Source: Dimargaris cristalligena (lineage: Eukaryota). From it: DNA of 39,934 bases. Below, piece by piece: positions 25,687 through 35,756 of this stretch (its first letter is position 1; each line of letters opens with the position of its first letter). A program made the position numbers and the translations under genes. Where the stretch lies: NCBI GenBank assembly GCA_003614675.1, contig ML002345.1, positions 1-39,934 on the forward strand, in the 5' to 3' direction. The notes below the pieces were generated by a model, which did not search any database, had not been told where the DNA came from, and saw nothing but the letters and a program-made list of their open reading frames with translations.

Positions 25687-25971
25687 ATGATTATACTGGT
25701 AGGATCTCTCGTCTATGAATGGTATCCCTCTTTCTTCTCTTTTTCATCACTTTTATGACCATATAATTTCTGATTATTTTGTTACTAGTCGGTAAGCCAT
25801 TATTCTACTTCTTTCTTAATCTATGTATCTCTTCTTTAGTTAAATATTACGCCGGTGGTGGTAAGTCTTCACACTAACCGAACTCTTTTACTTTCACAGG
25901 CATCTCTGATCACCCCGTACCACTTGCTCCTCAATATGTATACATGTCCCAGTCTTCGTAGGCCAATTTAG
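25687..25971 (+). other. Candidate micro-exon transcript (three short GT-AG introns; 3-nt and 21-nt internal exons)
   Basis: Donor/acceptor pairs are 25699-25788 (GTAGGA..CTGAT..TAG), 25792-25839 (GTAAGC..TAG) and 25861-25899 (GTAAGT..CTAAC..CAG). CTATAAATAG lies upstream at 25451-25460. The reading frame is uncertain. Confidence 0.4.
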
Positions 25972-26086
25972 ATGCGATAATATAGCCAAATAGCCTTCAT
26001 TTGCCTACTAAATTAGTCGTTTTTCGCCCGTTTATACCAAAATTATAAACCATATTACCTTTGACAATTATATCTGAACATGAACG

Positions 26087-26158
26087 TCTTCAATAGTATA
26101 GTGGTAAGTATCTCCGCCTGTCACGCGGAAGACCAGGGTTCAATTCCCTGTTGGAGAG
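26087..26158 (+). tRNA. tRNA-Asp (anticodon GTC), intronless
   Basis: Acceptor stem TCTTCAA/TTGGAGA, D arm TAGTATAGTGGTAAGTA, anticodon arm TCCGC-CTGTCAC-GCGGA, T loop GTTCAATTC, and a downstream TTTTT Pol III terminator. Confidence 0.97.
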
Positions 26159-29100
26159 TCATCTTTTTGTAGTTTTTTGTCATTGAGACTACCAACTATT
26201 GGATTAAATAGTTAGCGCTTGGTGTTTTGCCAGTGGTGTTGGTTTAAAATCATCTAGACAAGTTCAACCAGGCTGTATAACAAAAAAATACGTTGAATGA
26301 GGCAAGTACTACACTGGTTAGAAATTATTATCCTGCATATTTCTCCATGCACGTATCATATAAGACCTTATACAGCCAGGTCGAATTTCACTCATATGAA
26401 ATCGGAATAGATGAGGGTTCGCAAGTGTATGTAGTTTTGGTAAAAAGATACGCGAGCTAGTAGTCAAATAGATTTCTCAGCGGTCTCGAGCTAATAAATA
26501 AATAAATATACATATATATATGGATATTCTTCCCCCAAACCACTGTTCACTATTTCGAGTCCACTATATAGTCCGCTATGTTTTAGGGTTTCTTTTAGGT
26601 AGCGATTGCGTCCGTCCCCCGATTCAGGTGAAACGACAGGGTGGGCTGTCTCAATTGATGGTGAACCCCCTGGCCGATTGAACTACTTTACTTCCCAATG
26701 AGACTCCGGTTATATTCTTATTGCTTTATACATCGCTTAGCGCTATAGTAATTATATCCATAGGTATAGAGCCGTGAACTAGCTTATTTTGATAGAAAAA
26801 ACCTCGATTGTTGGGAAATCTAATCAAATACATAAGAAACCCCAGACACCCGCAAACCACTCACTGGCGAATGTAGCTAAAACTAGCTAACATAACTTAA
26901 CAGCAACGTATCAAACGTACGTTATTGTAACTTCATTAGGCCGGCGCTTATAGGTGAGAGGTAAATATTATATAGCCTGGATGAGATTGGCAGCGCTTAA
27001 CATTCAGTCTTTAATTTTATCAGAAAATAAAATATATGATATTATTAACACTACTTGGGAATATATCTAGGTTGGGAAAGCCGCTAAGTACAGGGGGGCC
27101 GGTTGCCGTGACCTCCACTTATACTACGGCGATATACACCGTTCGCACTCTTGACTCATGGGGTCTATTGCTTCTACATCTGTATACCTCACTGAGGCTA
27201 TTTATTTTTTACGAATTGCGACGGTATTTAATAGTCTTGTTGATGACAAGAGGTGAGCAAGTGGTTTCCAGTTAACATCTGGGTAGTTCTTTTGTACTGA
27301 TTCTCATCCCTATCTTCGTACATTAGCTGGTACAGTAGCACAACAAAATACAATCACATCCATTGGGGTGCGCGGGAAAAGGGCTCTCCTCACGTTTGGG
27401 ATGTCCGACAATTGACTGAAATGAAGAGATGGAAGGGTATTTGGCATGTGACGAGCGCGACTGGTATCATTGATACAGTAGATTGAAGTGCATCACGGTG
27501 ATGCTGTAGAGCCCATAGTTGACGAGCTTCTGTATTTTTTAGCGGTCTTTTACAAAAACTCCACATTGGAATAAATCCAGCATGGGCGGCATCGATAACA
27601 AGTAAGTCGTGCGTGGGTACTTTGTATATTACTGGGGGAGGTAGTGCCTTGGAATACATGTCTACATTTATTTTAACATACGGCCAACCTTAATGGGTAT
27701 TACAACCTTTCCCCCCTTCGCAGGCCACTACGGTTACGGAAACGGCATACCCAGGGGCAGTCGCCGACACTATTATTGGGATAAAGGTGGAAGCTACGGT
27801 ACTCTTCAACAACATCGTGGATTTGGAACATCGGAACACCCGGTTATCGTGATGGCTTGGGGTAAATACCAGAAGAAGAATGAGCACAAAAACACTACTC
27901 CCAGCCCAATTCCCATTTTGTCATCAGGCCATCCGCTCCTCCCACCCACCCTCCCTCCTCTTATTATTTTCTTTATTTTTTAGACCGTGGGCGTGGGACT
28001 CACCACTAGTCCCTGGAAATGGGGCCAAAAGGGTCAGATTACTCGGGTCCGTCGAGTTTATTATCAGGAGTACCGGTGATCCCAAAGTAATTTGAGGTCG
28101 AATCCAGTTCGTTATTGGGTTCGGAATTTGGTATAGCTCAGTTCTCGGTCGACGCAAAGAATGATCCATGGACCCAAACACCGGTATTTTACTGCCAAGA
28201 AATCAGCGACAACAGAAAGCAGTTTAATACAGATTAGTACGACGCGCTCGATTTCCATACCTCATTAAGGTTGATTCAATTATTCCGTGATAAAAGGAGT
28301 ATATAAGAACCTTTCCTAGCCTGAATTGACCGTCCGCATCAACAAATGCAGTAATCCCTGGTCACATCAGCCGGGAGGCTTAACTCAAAAGTTGCATGCT
28401 GGGGTTAGGTGTGGGAACCGGAGAGGCAACAACTCAAAACAGTAGGGTCGGCTTCCAAATTCTGAACGGTTTTTAAGGTGTTGCATGTAGAATATTGGAA
28501 AATATCGGTTCCAGTAATCAGTCGGGACGTATGGTACATATTGGAACAACATTCAAAGAGCGATGAGCTACTGACTATTAATCGGCCATTAAGCGAGACA
28601 CACGGATCATTTTAAAAAAATACCCAAAGCGGGCACCAATGATATTATAGAGTTCGACCAATAAACCTCGCACCCCTACTGTGTAAGCCTCCTAAGTGGT
28701 GTTTTTCGTTATATTAGTTATATATGGAGTGCTGCTATGGTTCGACGCTTACAAATTAAGAATACTTAACCAAAATCAACCGCATTGGGTGACGGTATAT
28801 TGAAGTGGTAAAGCCGATGGCCATAGCCGTTTACAATAGACGTGTAAATGGGGCCAGTTCCCAACCTAGATAATGAGGCGTGGATTTCGATGTTATAATG
28901 TCCACAGCCCGGATACTTCTACTGTGCCAATTCGGTTAAACAAGGGTGTAACATTGCTTAGTCGACCAGTCTAAAAGTGCTTTAGCATCCTGCCTATTGC
29001 ATTCATCCGGGTGTGGTGAGAATACTTGGGAACTAATAAGCTAAAGAAGATCCTCTGGGCTATTTCTCCGATCCCAAGTATACGTGTTGGCGGTTGATTT

Positions 29101-32100
29101 AGTAAATGGGAAGTGGGAAGGGTAGCGCGAATCCCGTCAGCATACGTTAAAATAATCATCACCAGAGGGGTGGGCTGTAGTGGAGCGAATCCGCTTCTTT
29201 AACCCTGACATCATTACACATGGAACTAATGATGCCGGGCACCTGCGATCGAAGTTTACAATGGCAAAGACCTTCATCAACGTCAGAGGCATAGGCCGAT
29301 TCGACTAAATAGGAGAGGGGATGGTGGTGGTATTTCTGGATTGTCGCCTAGGGAAGGGAACACTAGATCAAGTCGGCGGATACATCTCAATATGGGCATT
29401 TAGTAAACCTTTTGAGTCAAGGTGTACATCCAAAAACCTTCGGGTATTCACCGGGCCCTTGTCCTTCCTTGGGACTTCCGCTCCAGCTCTTCCCCACAGT
29501 CTGACTGTTGCACCTCCGGCCTAAGTCTGAAACCAATTTACGTAGGTTTAGATAAGAAAAGGAGGGATCGGTACACCGTATTCGTTGCACTTATTCAATA
29601 ATGCCCTCATCGCTTTCCCGTACAGATTGTCGGAATTCCGCGATTGGGATAGAGGAATTGGCCTGGTGTTCCCGAAGAGGAGTAGTATAAGAGAGTACAA
29701 AAAAAACAAGCAATAGTACGCGTCCCCATATTGGTACGCAGACGAGTCCCTAAACAGATAACATTGAATAAAGATAATGGTGGCCGCTAAATCATTTTTC
29801 CTGCCCACTAGACTGCGTTACCAAAGACCGACTCCCCAAGAAAAGGGGGGTGCTCAAATTAAGTAAACTTAAAGTGCCTGGTCTGATAGGATATATACAA
29901 GCCCAATCATAATAAGGACAGGGGCAACTTCGGTTGCCTATTTGGGCACTCGGCCAGGTCTTCTACTAAGGCTCCGATTGGACTGATCAACGACCGATAA
30001 GCAAGTCTAGCTCCGACTGGAGCCGCACAGGCGCGTGTGTACATGCGAAATTGAACAGGCTCTAGAGATAACCGGCGTAGGGAAATTTGATAATTAGTAG
30101 AACTGATAACACTCTTTCCAGGCGACCTCGGCCTGGTCTAGCTAATCGGCGGTTTATTAGGTGCGAAATTGCCGCCGGAATCGCCGGTGACAATATCCTA
30201 TTGGTGTTTTCCGATAGGGAGTCCGGATTGTTACTATGGCCATCAACGTACGACTTCGGACATAAAGTCCATCCTACTAATACGTAAAAAAATAATACCA
30301 ACTGGCATTCTATTATTCTATAAAACTGTAATGGGCAGTACCACCCAATATAGACTAGTTGTTGAGGTGACGTGCTGCATCACAGTAACCCTGCTGCCCA
30401 AACAATGCCTTGAATTTCTGATGGTTTCGAAAGAAAATACAGCCATCCTACTGGGGAGAATATCGATTCCATATTATCTAAAAATATAGCCTAGAGTGAC
30501 CAGACTTGTGGCTACCAAGTGCCCACTATTGGCCCGGCAGCTCTTTAATAAATCTAGTCGAATTAGTAATCGGTGATGGCTATCGTTTAAATTCGGAATA
30601 TATTATGAGTCTCGCACCCTATTAGTCTATAGGAGCGGCTGCAATAGCCTCCGCTGAAAAACCACAGTATCATTGGCCCGATTATATAGCATGTATTCCA
30701 TTTGGCCGATAAATTAGCGCCATATCTAACCGCGAATTGAAATTGCTGCCCCCACACCCTACATTTTGCCATGTGATAGTAGGCAAAGTGGGGCCATAAT
30801 TACAGTGGGGTAATGGAGCCCAGAAGCAATACAATTCAATGGTATTCAGAATATAGACGGCGAATAACTAGGGAATGGGAATATCACATTTTGTCAGGCA
30901 CACCTATCTACCCGCTAACCCACCCTGACTCGAAGGTTAATAGTCAATTGCCACAGCCTAAGATGCAGGACCCGATGCACAGCTGACATGGCCCGGCTGA
31001 GGAGACGCAGTAGAACACTGCTATTGAGAAAATTGGACAAGTCCAATAACGGCTCTCATCATCAAAACTGCGCAGACTGATTGAGGCCAGGGGTGGGTGG
31101 ACAGGGAGGGGGGCCACTGTACCCCCAGCCGGTTCGATTTCTCCCGAACTTGTAGCGAAGTCCTCCCCCACCCGTTTGGAACACTTGGCCTCATGCGGTT
31201 CACAGCGGCGCATGTTCATGGAAAATGGGCGAGGGGAAAGATGGGGGAAAATATTATGGTAAACAGGAGGAGAGGGGAAGAAGCCACAACAGCCCGTTAA
31301 CCTCCCGGTATAATTTCGTACAGATATATAGGTGGGTGGGGAGGGCTGAGCGGGGCGACAAGACTAGGTAGCCGTAAGTTCCCCCTGCTCGTCTGCACAC
31401 GAAATGGGCGACCACCTAATTGCCAAGCCGTGCACATTGTCGATTGACTTCACTCGCCTGCTGTATGGGGAGTGTGCATGTGCCGGTCTTGTCGAAGCTA
31501 ATGCATAAATGGGACGCGGCGGATTGGCTTGATCACATCCGGCTATTGCTGATATTGTCATACCCATTCCCGACCCGATACACATGCCCAACGAAATGGG
31601 ACGGATAAAGGGTGGTAGAATAGATTAGGAAAGGGAAAGGCCTGGCCCTGTTCATTAAGAAGACATGGTCGTGCGGTCTCTGTACCCGAGCGGCTGCGGT
31701 CGCGGGGTTGCACCAACGGGTCAGAGGTTGACCAGGCGGTGCCGTACCACACGGGTTTTGATTAAAATAAGATTTCGCAGGCCCCAGTAGTTTATTTCTG
31801 CGAGCGTTATTTGCAGGGTTATATCGACACCCTCTCTTTCTTTCGGGGCACGTCTCTTTTCAGTAATAGGGGGACGTACAAGAAGAGTACAAGAAAGGGG
31901 ATAGATAGAGAGGGAGAGGGGGTCAGGAAGGCCTCTGTGCTACTCGATAATGGAGCAGATAGCGATGTTGCACACGTTTGACAGCCCCCAAAAGAAGGCT
32001 TTCCATCTAATGTTGGATGGGCCGGTGGATTGTTTTTCCTCCCTATCTTTTACTATTACCCGAACTACCCGCATAGCAAGGTCAAATGGAGACCGCCGTC

Positions 32101-35100
32101 CCGCCCAACTAAATCCAGTTGCAAAATAGCCGACCGTAATTATAGGCCTAATGGGGGGACCGTTTTAATTTAGCCGTGTAATAAAGTAATAAAAGACAAA
32201 ATTGGGTCGCATCTATTTTTTTTGAGCCGAAACAAGGGGGTGGCAGCTCAGCCAGCCACGGTAAAGATTGGGGCCAACATCTCGTACCTAACTGGCCGCG
32301 AGGAGAGAGCGCTGAATAATAGACTTGGTAGGTTATAGGGTGCAAGGTCTGTGGGTGATACTAGACATGCCTTATACCATTGGCCAGCTCCTTTCAAGGC
32401 ACCGCCGATGGGCCTATCCGCGAAGTACCAGGGCCATGTAATTCTTTTAAATAGAAAATAGTAGAAATCAGCTGAAGGAAAAAAAGGCCAAAAGGGGCGG
32501 GTGACTTATATTACTTTCTTCCATTTCTCTCCAAATGGAGCCGCCCCATTGGAGCCCTGAGGAGAAGCAGTTATTTTTGAATTTAGCGGGTGCTATCGGA
32601 TGACTTATCTATTTGCTTAAGCGCCGTAGATCGGTTCCGAAAGTGTCCCCTTGCCAAAGAAAACGGCAAGAGGAGAAATAATAGTATACTATATCTTTTT
32701 GGTATTTATCTATATACTACCTCTTCCCCCCCCCCTGTCGAACTTACCCACGGCCATGAACCATATTACCCTTCTTAGCCCTCCCACCAATATATGTCGA
32801 CGCCGAGGCTCCAAATTTGACCAGGGAACACAGACCGACGTAAGGGAGAGAGGGGAGAGAGGGCTAAGGGAAATCTCCTGAAGGGAAGGTTACACCTTAA
32901 TTATCGGAGGGACCGGGTGTTTTTCCCTTCTTTCCACATGCTGGCTTGAGCCCTTTGATTTCTTCTAATCAATTACAGGAAACGCCGTACCACGCGCTAG
33001 TCGGGTGAATAGCAGGAATGCTAGTCACTATAGCAGCCCTATTACTATTACTATAATTAATATTATGTATGTTTTTTTTTAGATATAACCTCCACACCCT
33101 ACGCCTTCTCCTATAGGTCAGGCCAAATATAATCCAATATAGACGATGGGTCAATAATGATTGTCGTTGATTTTACATTTCGTCACACCTCCGGTAAGAA
33201 GGCCTCCTCCATAGCTGGGCTTCGTAATATCGGTAACCAGTCGTCGTCACGCTCAGGGTTGGTTCCCCAATATTGACGTAGTCAGATCTCACTCTTTTTA
33301 CCCCTCCTGTTGCGCATTTTCATACATCGGGATGTCGTCGTACACGCTAGATCCCTCCCCCTTGTCGTCCCTTATGATCAAAGCGGCTCCGCTATATCAA
33401 AATGAATAGCGCAGTACCCAATACATGCTTTATCTTATCGCTAGCTTATACGATTGAAGAAGCGAGGCGGGTGGAAAGACGATATTGTGTGGCACAATAG
33501 TTCCTGAAGTCACTCGCTGACAATATTCAACGAAGAAGTTCTGACAAGTATGAAACAACTGAATAGGAATGGGAGGGCTCAAACCGAAGGTAAGGCAGTC
33601 TACCAAAACCGATATTATTATATCTTTTTAAAATAGTAATATATCTTAATACTCTAGGGTATATAGTAATGGTTGGTACAGAAGGGATATACTTGGTGGC
33701 ACTTGAAACTCACCCCCTCTACTCTCATTAACCAACTACCTCTCACCCGAACCCCGATGCACGTTCATCATCCATTGTGCCCAAGCGTTTGAGGCTTCCG
33801 CATGGTCACTTTATCTTTCAGCAGCATAGCTGGGTTAGGGACTTTAGATATGCATGGGGCAGCAGGAAAAGGCTAATATATTAAACACCGCAGGATAAAC
33901 GGGATGCGATTGTTTAACCTATATCGGATGCCGTGACGCGGGAATGAAAATCTAAGGGTAAATAATGAATCGGAGACCTCTGATAACACAAATCTAGCTA
34001 GTACTAAGACTAAGGGTTGATGATGGCGTATATTCCTTGGACTTTATTTTCATCTAATAGTGTTGGTATAGATAGTAGCCGTAGGAGTAGCTGAGCAAAA
34101 ATGACCCAGTTGGGTGGGAACCATTCTCAGTGTGAAGATTAGACCCTATTGGAGGGCACGGCAGCCAAGCAAAAGGGATGATACTATTTCCACATATCCC
34201 CTATCCTTCCCTTCTTTAGTCAAGGGGGGGGGGTTATAGACGCAAGGCGAGAAGAGGGCTGGGGGAGGAGAGAGTCTTACCTGTGCGTGTGACACAGCTG
34301 CCTCATTCAACCAGCCCCCCTTCTCCTCCCGCTTTTCTTATAGTTTAGTGTTTTTATCGCTCCGGCTAAGGGGTACACAGCGGTCGTCCTCTCTCCCTAG
34401 TTTGGGCCGTGGGGAGCCGATAGGAAAGCCAGCAATGGTTAAATGAAGAGCTCTGCTTTCTCGCGTGCCATTGGACCAACGGAGGATCCCAGGTGGGTGG
34501 GGATGGTCCCGTTAGGCAAGGGAAAGGGTGTGGTGAATGGGGAAGTCACGACACCACCGTCATGGGCCGGTTGGTTATTGGTAGCCCTGGGCACGATGGT
34601 GGGTCCTATAAATAGGCCGGCTCCTGCACCTCCTCCAAGGCCTTGACATGCTTCATTGAACAACATCCCCCCTCCGCACACCACCTTTCTATCTATCTCC
34701 GACAAGACCCCCCCCCCCCAATTCCCCCTTAGCACTCTATACTACTCCCTGACTCACTTGACCGCCTGAGTCGTATAATAGTAGTTGTTCCATCTATAAC
34801 ACTCTGATTAAATCAGCACTGAGCCTGATTTTGCAACCCTCGCTGTTCTCTTCAATCGCCACACCCTCACCGCCGCGCTCGCTCGACTGCACCTGTCCGG
34901 CTTGTCCCTGACTTTGATTGACGCTGAGTTTGTCTCCCCGTTCTACCGGTGTCCCATTTGTTTGCCTTATCTCCCAACCCGCGCCCTTCGCCACGCCGCC
35001 TTTTTCATCTAGTGCCAGCGAGCTGTACTTCGGATTGTATTCGTGCTACTCGGCCGTGGCTACTACTGTTGCTGCTTCCCATCCGTTCCTTCTGCACACC

Positions 35101-35345
35101 TGTGTACACCCGAATCATCCCCCCCTTGCTCATCCCTATTCCTTCACTGCGTTTAGTGTGCTAGTATTATCACTCGCGCGCTGTATCTTGCCCCTTTTCT
35201 CCTACTGTATACATCGGAGCTCTACTTTTTTCAATCCGGACGGTGTTTCAAGTGGAACCTCCCTTGACCACATCCCACCTCCCCGCATTGAGTGGACTAT
35301 TCATTGACGAAACTTTGGCTGTTCCTCCACCCACGAACTCGTCCA

Positions 35346-35353
35346 TATAAATA
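35346..35353 (+). promoter_or_regulatory. Putative TATA box for the 87-aa microprotein gene
   Basis: TATAAATA lies ~145 nt upstream of the ATG at 35493. Confidence 0.5.
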
Positions 35354-35492
35354 TTAGTCCAGCTGGCCTATCCCTGATTTCCAGCCGCACTTCAATTTAT
35401 ATAGCTATTACTACTTCTATTAATTGGTATTATTACATTACCCTCTCACCTGCGCCGCACCCTGTCTCTCCTGACCCTCGTTCCTATACACC

Positions 35493-35756
35493 ATGGCGTT
35501 CTATACACCCAAACCCATTTCCACCATCCCCCGCTTCCTGGACCAGTCGTCCCCCTTCTTCCAGCCCTTCACCACCACCAGCGACGACACTGCCTCGTAC
35601 TTTAATGGCGGCGACTCCCACCCGTACGCCTACGTTACCAGCCCCCCGCTTCCGCTAGCGGCCTCCGGATATATCGGTTTTAACCACCACGCCGGTTCCA
35701 TTTCGTCAGGCTCCCAAAACCGACTGGAAACCATCCAAGAGGACCCAGAGGAGTAA
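35493..35756 (+). CDS. Hypothetical 87-aa Ser/Pro/aromatic-rich microprotein with C-terminal LxxIxE motif (LETIQEDPEE)
   Basis: CACC-ATG-G start, bias toward C-ending codons, an upstream TATA, a long CT-rich 3' region, and a C-terminus shared with 19805-20041. Confidence 0.78.
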   Translation: MAFYTPKPISTIPRFLDQSSPFFQPFTTTSDDTASYFNGGDSHPYAYVTSPPLPLAASGYIGFNHHAGSISSGSQNRLETIQEDPEE

